From: an uncultured Spirochaetaceae bacterium
GTDB taxonomy: Bacteria > Spirochaetota > Spirochaetia > SZUA-6 > DRHE01
Assembly: GCA_964389305.1 (NCBI GenBank)
Contig: CAYMEK010000019.1
Location: forward strand, 416-64,415
Direction: 5' to 3'
Length of the DNA: 64,000 bases
The position numbers and the translations under genes are program-made. Positions 41,632 through 49,825 of the stretch are shown one piece after another. Under the pieces are notes generated by a model. It searched no databases, had not been told where the DNA came from, and saw only the letters and a list, made by a program, of their open reading frames with translations. Numbering within the stretch: the stretch's first letter is position 1; each line of letters opens with the position of its first letter.

Positions 41632-42565
41632 TTTCCATTCCCTCCCTGGCCAAAATCACCTTGAAGTGCTGTTTCTCCAGGCGAGCCCGATACCACTTGG
41701 CGGAATTGAGTATAGCGAAGATCTTGCGGTCATTATATAGCGGCTCGTGATGAAACAAAGCCAGCGTTTTAATACCCCATTCGGCTGCGAAATCCACGGC
41801 CATGCTGTACGAAGTATGACCCCAATCGTACTTCTCGATCGCCTCCCCGAGGGTGTACTGGGCGTCTAGAATTAGAAGATTCGCATCCTTGAAAAAATCG
41901 ATGTTTGCTTCGCTTCGCTCGAAATCTTCCGACGACAACTCCGTATCTGTGCAGAAGACCATGGATTTTCCATTGTGGGAGATCCGGTAGGACAAGCAGC
42001 CTCCCGGATGACGCATATCTTTCCAGGATATCTCGAGCTGTCCGAAACGCATACCGGTTCCCCTCAGCCTGATGAAGCGTTTCTGCGCGGCCATGGCTTC
42101 CATATCAACAGGGAAATACGGGGCCATCATCTGTCCCTTCACGATCTGCTCCAGGTTTTCGCGGGTGCTGTAGAAATACAGCGTGTTTTCCTTCTTGTAT
42201 CCGGCAGGACTGAAAAAGGGCAGACCCTGAAGATGATCCCAGTGAAAGTGGGTGAAAAAAATGTGGTATTCCCTGGCCTTCCTCTGGCTCCTGGCTAAAA
42301 AGGCGGCCAGCTCGCGTATCCCCGAACCCGCGTCGATGATCAAAAGCGGCGTTTGCTCGGCGTGGACGCTTAGACAGGTGGTGTTACCGCCTACAGTGCC
42401 GAACAGGTAGGGGGGAAGGCCGGCCAGAAACGCCTCGCGCGTTTCCAGGCTTTCCAGATCGGCAGGCCGGATCCTGGCTACCACAGCGGCAATCCGGGAC
42501 TTGAGCTCCAATACCGTTAGCGGGGTCGGGATTGAGCCGCGCACACCCCAGAATTTTACCTTCAC
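41621..42565 (-). CDS. MBL-fold metallo-hydrolase (phosphodiesterase-like)
   Basis: FWGVRGSIP, GGNTTC, DAGSG, HFHWDH, HPGG, TDTE, DAQY, WGH, FHHEP. Confidence 0.92.
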   Translation of the reverse strand: MKVKFWGVRGSIPTPLTVLELKSRIAAVVARIRPADLESLETREAFLAGLPPYLFGTVGGNTTCLSVHAEQTPLLIIDAGSGIRELAAFLARSQRKAREYHIFFTHFHWDHLQGLPFFSPAGYKKENTLYFYSTRENLEQIVKGQMMAPYFPVDMEAMAAQKRFIRLRGTGMRFGQLEISWKDMRHPGGCLSYRISHNGKSMVFCTDTELSSEDFERSEANIDFFKDANLLILDAQYTLGEAIEKYDWGHTSYSMAVDFAAEWGIKTLALFHHEPLYNDRKIFAILNSAKWYRARLEKQHFKVILAREGMEIAL

Positions 42566-43014
42566 TGCATCTCCGCAAAGCTGGCCACGATGCGGCGCTT
42601 CTCGTATCTTGCCAGCCAGGACTCGATTTCCCTCTTGGAATACAGCCGGCCGCGTCCTACCCCGGGACAGCTTATCTTGAGCTTCTCCCAGCTATCTATC
42701 GAGTCGAGATTGGAGCTCCAGAAAGGGAAGCTGCGGCACTGCAGGGGCCGATACCGGTAGACCGTGCAGCCTTGCTCTTCCCAGAATATACAGTCGTAAT
42801 TCGACTTCTCTATCAGGCTGACCCGCCTGAAGCCGTTGACGTTAAGCTCCCGGCAGTAACGGTCCAGGAACTCCTTCACGGGCAGGCCGGTGCCGGCCCG
42901 GAGGCGATGGATGTCCTCTCTGGTAAGGAAAACGAAGCCCGGGGAATGGCGGCAGCATCGGGAACAACGCGTGCACTCGAATCTCAGCCCTTGCTCGTAG
43001 AACACAGAACCCAT
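42562..43014 (-). CDS. YkgJ-family cysteine-cluster protein
   Basis: FECTRCSRCC, CIF, CTVY..RPLQCRSFPFW, CPG. Confidence 0.92.
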   Translation of the reverse strand: MGSVFYEQGLRFECTRCSRCCRHSPGFVFLTREDIHRLRAGTGLPVKEFLDRYCRELNVNGFRRVSLIEKSNYDCIFWEEQGCTVYRYRPLQCRSFPFWSSNLDSIDSWEKLKISCPGVGRGRLYSKREIESWLARYEKRRIVASFAEMQ

Positions 43015-43044
43015 GCTTTTACACCTTCCCTTCGCCTGAAGAGA

Positions 43045-43078
43045 ACAAAAAACCTTCTCCGATTCGGAAGAAGGTTTC
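43045..43078 (-). terminator. Intrinsic terminator after tRNA-Tyr
   Basis: AAACCTTCT-TCCGAATCGG-AGAAGGTTT followed by TTTGTT. Confidence 0.8.
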
Positions 43079-43080
43079 TA

Positions 43081-43163
43081 TGGGGAGAGAAGGATTCGAA
43101 CCTTCGAAGGCGATAGCCAACAGATTTACAGTCTGCCCCCTTTGACCGCTCGGGAACCTCCCC
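43081..43163 (-). tRNA. tRNA-Tyr (GTA)
   Basis: GGGGAGGTTCCCGAGCGGTCAAAGGGGGCAGACTGTAAATCTG..GGTTCGAATCC..CTCCCCA; long variable arm; CCA not encoded. Confidence 0.97.
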
Positions 43164-43175
43164 ATTCGTCAAAGG

Positions 43176-43204
43176 AAAATAGCAGATCCTCCGATCATTG
43201 TCAA
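43176..43204 (-). promoter_or_regulatory. sigma70 promoter of tRNA-Tyr
   Basis: TTGACA-17 bp-TATTTT with a TGn extension. Confidence 0.65.
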
Positions 43205-43260
43205 GTTATACAAAAGACGGCGCCTGCACCACGGCATACCCGCCCGCCCTGTAGTCGAAT

Positions 43261-43818
43261 CTACTTTTTCCAGCGGAGTCCCAACACTACGCCGCCATAA
43301 CCCGGTACGTTCCAGGCGCACCAGCCGCCTCCTTCCAGATAGGCGGCCATATCATCCTTGAAGTAGTAAGCCAGACCGCCATATAGGGGAATGGCGATCC
43401 CGAAAGCGGGGCTTTCCCATGGAATTGCAAGGAGGCCCAGGCCCAGGCCCGCATAGACGTCTAACTTCTGGATAAACTCCGCTGTATCCAGCCCTTTCAA
43501 GCCCATATGAAAGGTAGCAAATCCGCCGCTACCGAAGGCGAGGCCGCTGCCTGGTACGAGCTCCACAAATCCCTTGGCCGTCACACCGAACGCCAGGGGT
43601 ACGCTCCGTCCAATTTTCCAATCCGCCATGGTCCACTCGGCAGCGGGCACCACGGAGACGCTGTATGAACGGACGTGATAACCGAAGCCGAGTCCGACCT
43701 CGAAGGCGAAGTCCCCCTGGTGATAGTAGCCGTCCCAGTTTTCGTTTTGAGCGAAAACGACATCCGGGATAACGGCCAGTATGGCCAAAAAAACTAAAGC
43801 CTTGGCAACGTTGTTCAT
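43261..43818 (-). CDS. Small outer-membrane beta-barrel-like protein
   Basis: AAGGAGG SD; signal peptide ending VFA; Gly/aromatic alternating strands (LDVYAGLGLG, YGGLAYYF, LGLRW). Confidence 0.75.
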   Translation of the reverse strand: MNNVAKALVFLAILAVIPDVVFAQNENWDGYYHQGDFAFEVGLGFGYHVRSYSVSVVPAAEWTMADWKIGRSVPLAFGVTAKGFVELVPGSGLAFGSGGFATFHMGLKGLDTAEFIQKLDVYAGLGLGLLAIPWESPAFGIAIPLYGGLAYYFKDDMAAYLEGGGWCAWNVPGYGGVVLGLRWKK

Positions 43819-43855
43819 GGTGTCCTCCTTGCTCGCTTCCGGAGCTCCGACGTCA

Positions 43856-43928
43856 AGCCACCTCCCGGATTCGAACCGGGGACCCCGAGATTACAAGTCA
43901 CGTGCTCTACCAGCTGAGCTAAGGTGGC
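43856..43928 (-). tRNA. tRNA-Thr (TGT)
   Basis: GCCACCTTAGCTCAGCTGGTAGAGCACGTGACTTGTAATCTCGGGGTCCCCGGTTCGAATCCGGGAGGTGGCT cloverleaf. Confidence 0.95.
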
Positions 43929-43981
43929 CATTGACTTCCCGTCCAATTTAGCGGAAAACCGATGCCAGCGGCAACTGTTTT

Positions 43982-44728
43982 TCACCTGGTCAGCACCTCC
44001 GTGCGCCCGGCGAACACAGCAATCGTGTGCTCGAATTGGGCTACCGTACGGCGGTCGCTGCTGTACAGGCTCCAGCCGTCCCTTGCTTTACGGATCTTCG
44101 TCGATCCGAGTCCGAGGGCCGGTTCCAGGGTAAACACCATTCCCGCCACGATTCGCATACCCTCCCCGATTCTTCCCGTGTAGGGAATCGAGGGCTCCTC
44201 GTGCAGACTTCTGCCTATCCCGTGCCCCACCAGATCGGGCAATATCGTGCAGTTCCGACGCGCCGCAACCTTCCGGACCGCGGCACCCAGGTCGCCCAGC
44301 CGGGCGCCGGCCCGGGCCGCCCCGATTGCGGCCTCCACAGCCTCCCACGCTGCCGCCAGCAGACGGGAACGTCGCTCCGACAACGTTCCCACAGCAAGGG
44401 TAGCGGCGGCATCGCCGTACCACCCGGCAGACAGCACCGCGACGTCAACAGTGACAATACTACCACGACGCAGCTTTCTGGATGAGGGAACGCCGTGAGC
44501 GGCCACCTCGTCTACCGATGTACAGATCGAGCCCGGAAAGCCGGACGGTACCCCCGGCACTACCCCGAACCGGTCCATCAACCCCGCCGCGATGCGGTCC
44601 AGCTCACGGGTTGAAACACCTTCTCTGACTCGAGCGCCTACGGCCTCCAGGATCGCAGCGGCAAGCCTGCAGCTATGGCGGATCGACTCCACCTCTTCCG
44701 AAGTCTTGAGAGGGATGTCGGGATCCAT
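43982..44728 (-). CDS. map: Type I methionine aminopeptidase
   Basis: ICTSVDEVAAHGVP, DVA, YGD, GHGIG..LHEEP, TLEP, QFEHT metal ligands all present. Confidence 0.93.
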   Translation of the reverse strand: MDPDIPLKTSEEVESIRHSCRLAAAILEAVGARVREGVSTRELDRIAAGLMDRFGVVPGVPSGFPGSICTSVDEVAAHGVPSSRKLRRGSIVTVDVAVLSAGWYGDAAATLAVGTLSERRSRLLAAAWEAVEAAIGAARAGARLGDLGAAVRKVAARRNCTILPDLVGHGIGRSLHEEPSIPYTGRIGEGMRIVAGMVFTLEPALGLGSTKIRKARDGWSLYSSDRRTVAQFEHTIAVFAGRTEVLTR

Positions 44729-46320
44729 CAGCCTTCGAGCCCGTATAGGGGCAGGTAGCCTTTACGCAGTACCTTTTCCCAGGTGTAATGCTTATACACT
44801 TCTTGGAACGCCTGCTTCTGCAGGCGCAGCAGATGACCCCGGCGGTTCCGGTAGTCAGACAGGCTCTTCTCAACGGCCTTCACCAGGGCCGGGATCGAAT
44901 GTTCCCGGTAGCTGTAACCTGTGCTCCCATCACGGACCTTGATCAGCCCGCCCACCGCGTGCACGATGGGCAAGTTCCCCATCATCTGAGCAAAGAGGTC
45001 GGTCAGGCCGCAGGGCTCGTACCGGGAAGGGACGAGAAAAAAGTCACCCGAGGCGTAGAGGTACCTGGCCGCCAGGTTGTTGTAGCCGATCAGCACACAA
45101 AGCTTGCCGGCAGCTCTGGGCAGTCTCGTCATCTCTATCAGCTTTTCCTCGATTGCTCTTTCTCCCTGGCCGAGAACGAGGAGCCGCCAGCCGGCTCTTT
45201 TTTCCAGCAGGCGGGAGAAAGCGCCGGCCAGTACATCGACGCCCTTCTGCCCGGTCAGCCGGCCGACGAACGTGTAAAGGGGAAGCGGCTGATCCGGGCT
45301 CAGCGATCCGTGGATCTCCAGGCCATTAAGCTCGGGACCCCGCGAGTCCCCGCCCGCAGCTAGCTGTTCGATGAAACGTTGACGGCAGGCTTCTTTTCCC
45401 TCCAACTCCCCGCGGGAGGGATCGAAGGAGAAAGGCAGACCGGTGTTCTCCGGAAAGCGAGGATCGAAGGTCTCCGGGGCGATGCCGTTGGTGATACCGA
45501 GAAGCTCCACTCCCGCCTTCTTCAAGCCCGTACCCAGCCCGCCGGTTAGCTCGTCGAGCTGCCCGGAGTTGATTTCCCGGGCGTAGCCTTCCGAAACCGT
45601 GTTGACGGTCGCAAACCGAGCCCCTACCAGAAAAGGGTCTACGGCGCGGCCGAGCATCCCCTTCTCGAGCAGCTCCCCCGGAAGTTCGGTGAGCTGGGCT
45701 GCAAACTCCCGGTCGTAGATCTCCTGGTGATACCCTTTACCAGCGTTGTGGATAGTAATCAGGGCCCGGCAGTCCCACAGCTTCTCCCTATATCTGGCAA
45801 CACCCTTCATCATGGCTGGGAGGAAGGCCGAATGGCCGTCGTGGCAGTGGAACACGTCGGGGCCGCCGAGACGGAGGGCCAGCTCCAGTGCGCCCCGCTG
45901 CAGGATCAGGTTGATATGATGGGCGTCCCAGTGCCCGGTACCTTTTTTCTTGTACGGGTCCTCGTTCTCATCCTCGGCAGTATAGGTGTAGATGGCCCGC
46001 TTGCTGCGGGTACGGGGAGAGTCGAGCAGGAAAACCGGCACTCCCTTCAGCCCGCAGCTATAGACTTCCACGGTCTCGACAGCTAGGGGGGAAGCTCGGT
46101 TTTCGGAGGGAAGCAGCAGATCGAAACTCTGCCCAGCCTTCCGCGCCTTTAGTCGGTCCAGATCGATGAAGCCGTAGCGCGGCAGAACGACGGCGGTGGC
46201 AATGCCCGCCCCCGCCAGGGCGGCCGCAAGTCCAGCCACTACGTCCTTGAGTCCTCCGGCCTCGGCGATTCCCTCGCACTCGCGGCTAACGTGCCATACG
46301 CCCCGCTTCAAGCCCACCAC
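44728..46320 (-). CDS. glgA: Glycogen/starch synthase (GT5)
   Basis: EAGGLKDV, HCHDGH, TIHN, NTVSEGYARE, GITNGI, GRLTGQKG, PSRYEPCGL. Start at GTG 46320 or 46317 after GGAG. Confidence 0.9.
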   Translation of the reverse strand: MVGLKRGVWHVSRECEGIAEAGGLKDVVAGLAAALAGAGIATAVVLPRYGFIDLDRLKARKAGQSFDLLLPSENRASPLAVETVEVYSCGLKGVPVFLLDSPRTRSKRAIYTYTAEDENEDPYKKKGTGHWDAHHINLILQRGALELALRLGGPDVFHCHDGHSAFLPAMMKGVARYREKLWDCRALITIHNAGKGYHQEIYDREFAAQLTELPGELLEKGMLGRAVDPFLVGARFATVNTVSEGYAREINSGQLDELTGGLGTGLKKAGVELLGITNGIAPETFDPRFPENTGLPFSFDPSRGELEGKEACRQRFIEQLAAGGDSRGPELNGLEIHGSLSPDQPLPLYTFVGRLTGQKGVDVLAGAFSRLLEKRAGWRLLVLGQGERAIEEKLIEMTRLPRAAGKLCVLIGYNNLAARYLYASGDFFLVPSRYEPCGLTDLFAQMMGNLPIVHAVGGLIKVRDGSTGYSYREHSIPALVKAVEKSLSDYRNRRGHLLRLQKQAFQEVYKHYTWEKVLRKGYLPLYGLEG

Positions 46321-46339
46321 ACATCTCCCGTACTGCGTC

Positions 46340-46699
46340 CTAGCCGGACAGGTCCGGTCGCAGAGCCTGCGCGCTGCCCAGGTAGATCGGAACAGGGTCG
46401 CGCTCGGACTCACAGTTATAGGTAACCAGTATCCTGATGATACCTGGTAGATCTCCTTCTATATCCGCCTCCTGCAGACAGAACAGCGGGGTTTCCGAAA
46501 AACCGAGAGCCCGCACCCCGGTGGCCGGGTTTCCCCGAGTCAGATCCCTGGTTATGGAAAACAGGATGCTGATGACCTCCCCCTTGGAGATCCGGTTGCG
46601 GGCCAGCACTTCCCGCAGGAGCTGGGCCGCGCTGTCGTGGATCGCCTTCTCGCTGTTCTCGGCAACCCCGACAGCGCCTCGCACGGCTTTGACTTTCAC
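46340..46699 (-). CDS. aroH: Chorismate mutase, AroH class
   Basis: AVRGA, ISILFSITRDL, PLFCLQE, IIRIL, IYL..AQALRPDL. Confidence 0.92.
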   Translation of the reverse strand: MKVKAVRGAVGVAENSEKAIHDSAAQLLREVLARNRISKGEVISILFSITRDLTRGNPATGVRALGFSETPLFCLQEADIEGDLPGIIRILVTYNCESERDPVPIYLGSAQALRPDLSG

Positions 46700-46709
46700 A
46701 GCCTCTCTC

Positions 46710-47900
46710 CTACAACAGACCGGCTATAATCCGCTCGCGCTCCTGCTGGGACAGCTCCCGCGGATTCCCCGACATGCTGGACCCCGAAGAGCGGCGGGCG
46801 ATCTCCGGGACCTGAGACGGATCAATACCAAAGCCTTTCAGGTTCTCGGGCAGCTTGTACAGAGACAGCAGCACAGTGATTTCCTCTGTAAGCCACTGCA
46901 CCGGATCGAACGCCCTGCTGCCGGACTGCCGGCTGGAAGCCAGACCCTGCTCTACTGCGGCCTGGTGCAGCAGCGAGCAGTCCCGCCGGATCGATTGTGC
47001 GTTGGCCTTCAATACGGGCCCGATAAACAGCGCACAAAGCAAGCCGTGAGGTATATCGTACAGCCCGCCCAGCCCCGAAGCGAACCCATGAGCCGCGCCG
47101 AGCCCGGAATTGGCCAGGGCAATGCCGCTGCACAATGCCCCGTAGGCTGCGCCGCTGCGGGCCCGAAGGTCGGCAGGATCGCGGGGGATGGAGTGAAGAG
47201 CAGCGAGCATCACTGGAAAAGCCTGCCTGGCCAGGGCCCGCGGCACCGGGGCGGCTTTTTTCGAGACGAAGGATTCCACGAGCTGGATCAGGGCGTCCAT
47301 CCCAGTCGTCCCGGTCAGAGAGAGGGGAACCTCCAATGTCAGCTCCGGGTCCACGAGGGCGCAGGAACACAAGAGGAAGGCGGAACGAAAGCTCTTCTTG
47401 GCTCCCAGGCTGCGGGACTTCAAGACGGCATTCTTGGTAGCCTCCGCTCCCGTGCCGGAGGTGGTGGGCAGGGCGATCCAGGGCACCCCGGGAGCCTGGA
47501 GCTTCAGTCCGCGGCCGACTCCTTCGAGAAAGTCCTCCGCTTTTGCCTTCAGCGGCGCCAGCCCGGATATCACCTTGGCCGTATCGAGGACCGAGCCGCC
47601 GCCTACCGCTACGATGGCCTCGGGACGAAAATCCCGGGCCTGGTCCAGCAGCTCGTTCAGCCTCTCCGCCTCCGGCTCTCCCGACGGGATCCGCAGCACC
47701 TGCAGTTCGAAGGCAGCGAGCAGCTCGGAGAACCGGTCCAACCATCCGGAATGCTCGAGCCACTTGCGCCCCGTTACCAGAAGCACGCGGCGCCCGAAGC
47801 GGGGAAGCAGGTCCCTTAGCTTCCGGCGCTCTCCAGGGCCGAAATAGATGCCCGGAGGCATTTCCAAAGTGAAGCTCTGCAGCGCGAAATTGTCGATCAT
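46710..47900 (-). CDS. Iron-containing alcohol dehydrogenase
   Basis: GGGSVLDTAK, PTTSGTGAEAT, DPELT, GMDAL, GAAHG, IPHG. Confidence 0.93.
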   Translation of the reverse strand: MIDNFALQSFTLEMPPGIYFGPGERRKLRDLLPRFGRRVLLVTGRKWLEHSGWLDRFSELLAAFELQVLRIPSGEPEAERLNELLDQARDFRPEAIVAVGGGSVLDTAKVISGLAPLKAKAEDFLEGVGRGLKLQAPGVPWIALPTTSGTGAEATKNAVLKSRSLGAKKSFRSAFLLCSCALVDPELTLEVPLSLTGTTGMDALIQLVESFVSKKAAPVPRALARQAFPVMLAALHSIPRDPADLRARSGAAYGALCSGIALANSGLGAAHGFASGLGGLYDIPHGLLCALFIGPVLKANAQSIRRDCSLLHQAAVEQGLASSRQSGSRAFDPVQWLTEEITVLLSLYKLPENLKGFGIDPSQVPEIARRSSGSSMSGNPRELSQQERERIIAGLL

Positions 47901-47922
47901 AGACCGGTCCTTAGGCTCCCAG

Positions 47923-47952
47923 AGTATAGCAAGCCCCTAGAAAACCTGTCAA
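47923..47952 (-). promoter_or_regulatory. Near-consensus sigma70 promoter for ADH-aroH-glgA-map
   Basis: TTGACA-18 bp-TATACT with a TGn extension. Confidence 0.7.
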
Positions 47953-47964
47953 TGAAAACACTCT

Positions 47965-48330
47965 CTATAGCTGAAACCAGGCGGACAGAAAGGAAAAGGC
48001 TAGCAACAGCAGGTAGCAAAACACCACAGAAAGGGAACAGAGAATCAGCTTGACGTAGAGCCTGCGCTGCCGGCGTAGAAAGAAGACCAGGATTATATAC
48101 AAAAGACCGAAGAAAACCTCGGCGAGCAGGCTGACCTTAAGCAACTGGAGGAGAAAGACCTGGGTCGAATCGAGAAACTCCTGGAAATTTCCCAGCAGGT
48201 AGAGCAGGAACAGGAGCAGCGAGAAAAGGAAGAAAAAAATTACGGCTCTGGCCACCAGCCAAAACAGGGAGGAGAGAATGAACACCCGGCCTCTGTATCG
48301 CTTCAAGATATACGCCTTCCCCTCCCTCAC
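47965..48330 (-). CDS. Small hypothetical membrane protein (3 TM)
   Basis: Three hydrophobic helices around GNFQEFLDSTQ. Start uncertain; the 5' extension of the ORF call overlaps the divergent gene's promoter. Confidence 0.65.
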   Translation of the reverse strand: MREGKAYILKRYRGRVFILSSLFWLVARAVIFFFLFSLLLFLLYLLGNFQEFLDSTQVFLLQLLKVSLLAEVFFGLLYIILVFFLRRQRRLYVKLILCSLSVVFCYLLLLAFSFLSAWFQL

Positions 48331-48448
48331 CTGAGTTTCCGCCGCCCCAGACAGCAACACCGCACCCGGAGCGCGACACCGGACCCGGCAGCCCCGACGG
48401 CTTGCATTTTCAGACATTTTACGTAATATGAGTAGGGAAGGAAAGACG

Positions 48449-49315
48449 ATGAAAGCGTTCCTCATCATTCTGACGATACTAGTAGTTTTAGCCGGAGTGG
48501 TATTCTACTTCGGCTGGATCCAGATATTGCTGCCCCCAGATACCTACGCCGTCCTGTTTACCAAAACCGGCGGGTACGACAAGCAGGTGGTGCGTCCCGG
48601 CGAGTTTACCTGGAGATGGGAGCGCTTGATACCCACCAACATGACGGTCTATACCTTCGACCTTCATCCCTATTCCACCCGCCTCAGCTTCAAGGGCAGC
48701 CTGCCCTCGGCCGAGCTGTACTCCTCGATACTGCCGGATAACCCCGATTTCACAGTCTCTGGTGAGGTCAACCTGGAGTTTTCCATCAAACCAGAACGCT
48801 TGCCGACCCTCGTCGCCGACGAAAAGCTCACCCCGGACGGCCTCGACAAATACCTGGAGCAAAAAGCCGATGCGATTTCCAAGGAAGTGATGGACAGGCT
48901 TACCGAGCTCACCGGCGAGTCGCTGCCCGGGCAGGAGCTGAACAGTCGCCTGAAACAGGCCATCGACCCACTGTTCCCCGATCTCAGCATCCTGACCTTG
49001 AGCACCACAGCAGCCCGGATACCGGACCTGCAGCTCTACGAGCTGGCCAAGCAGTCCTATCGAGACCTGGTGGAAACCCGAGACCGGGCACGGGAAGAAG
49101 CGGTGGCGCGAACCGCAGACGAGCAGGTGAGGGCGGAAAACCTCAGAGAACGGGAAAAAGCGGTCCTGGAAAGTTTGCGGGAATACGGTAAGCTGCTCAA
49201 CGAGTATCCTGTGCTCCTGAAAGCGCTGTACGTCCAGAAGCTGTCAGGTGAGAAGCTGGCGACGATCCCAGAGTTCGACCTGTCCAAGATACTCGAAACA
49301 ACAGAAGACCAGTAA
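48449..49315 (+). CDS. Membrane-anchored SPFH/band-7-like hypothetical protein
   Basis: N-terminal TM, YAVLFTKTGG..PGEFTWRWERLIP, C-terminal coiled coil. Confidence 0.7.
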   Translation: MKAFLIILTILVVLAGVVFYFGWIQILLPPDTYAVLFTKTGGYDKQVVRPGEFTWRWERLIPTNMTVYTFDLHPYSTRLSFKGSLPSAELYSSILPDNPDFTVSGEVNLEFSIKPERLPTLVADEKLTPDGLDKYLEQKADAISKEVMDRLTELTGESLPGQELNSRLKQAIDPLFPDLSILTLSTTAARIPDLQLYELAKQSYRDLVETRDRAREEAVARTADEQVRAENLREREKAVLESLREYGKLLNEYPVLLKALYVQKLSGEKLATIPEFDLSKILETTEDQ

Positions 49316-49318
49316 CCC

Positions 49319-49825
49319 TTGAAACGCGAGTACTTCTTCAATTTCAAGAAATACGCCTACATAAAGGGACTCAAGCCGGATGGTTGCATCCTCTGCCTGA
49401 TCCGGGACAGGCATGAATCGGTGGTGGACCTGTCCGTGTATCGGGACGAGCTTTTCATCGTGGCTGTGAATCTCTATCCCTACAATCCTGGGCACCTGAT
49501 CCTGTTTCCCACACGCCACATCGTGGACCTGCGGCAATACAACAGGCAGGAAGAGCAGCGGTTGAACCGGCTTACCCGCTATTTTCTCGATATTTCGGAC
49601 AAAGTGCATAATCCGTCCGGGTACAACATCGGCTACAACATGGGTCAGCCAGCCGGCGCTTCCATTGACCACCTGCACCTTCATCTCATTCCCCGTTATC
49701 CGAACGAGACGGGAATCGCCGATCTGATCGCAGGGAAGCGCGTGCTGGTAGAGGAACCCGGGGAAACGGCCCGCCGGATTCGCAAGCTGGTGGCTCAGGA
49801 GCCCTTTTCCAAGTCTACCAACTGA
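49319..49825 (+). CDS. HIT-family nucleotide hydrolase (Ap4A phosphorylase-like)
   Basis: CILC, NLYPYNPGHL, GYNIGYN.G..AGAS..HLHLHLIPR. Confidence 0.92.
   Translation: MKREYFFNFKKYAYIKGLKPDGCILCLIRDRHESVVDLSVYRDELFIVAVNLYPYNPGHLILFPTRHIVDLRQYNRQEEQRLNRLTRYFLDISDKVHNPSGYNIGYNMGQPAGASIDHLHLHLIPRYPNETGIADLIAGKRVLVEEPGETARRIRKLVAQEPFSKSTN

Noticed and set aside
43081-43928. Integrative element or prophage at the tRNA genes
   Set aside because: No integrase, no direct repeat of either tRNA 3' end, and housekeeping genes on both flanks.
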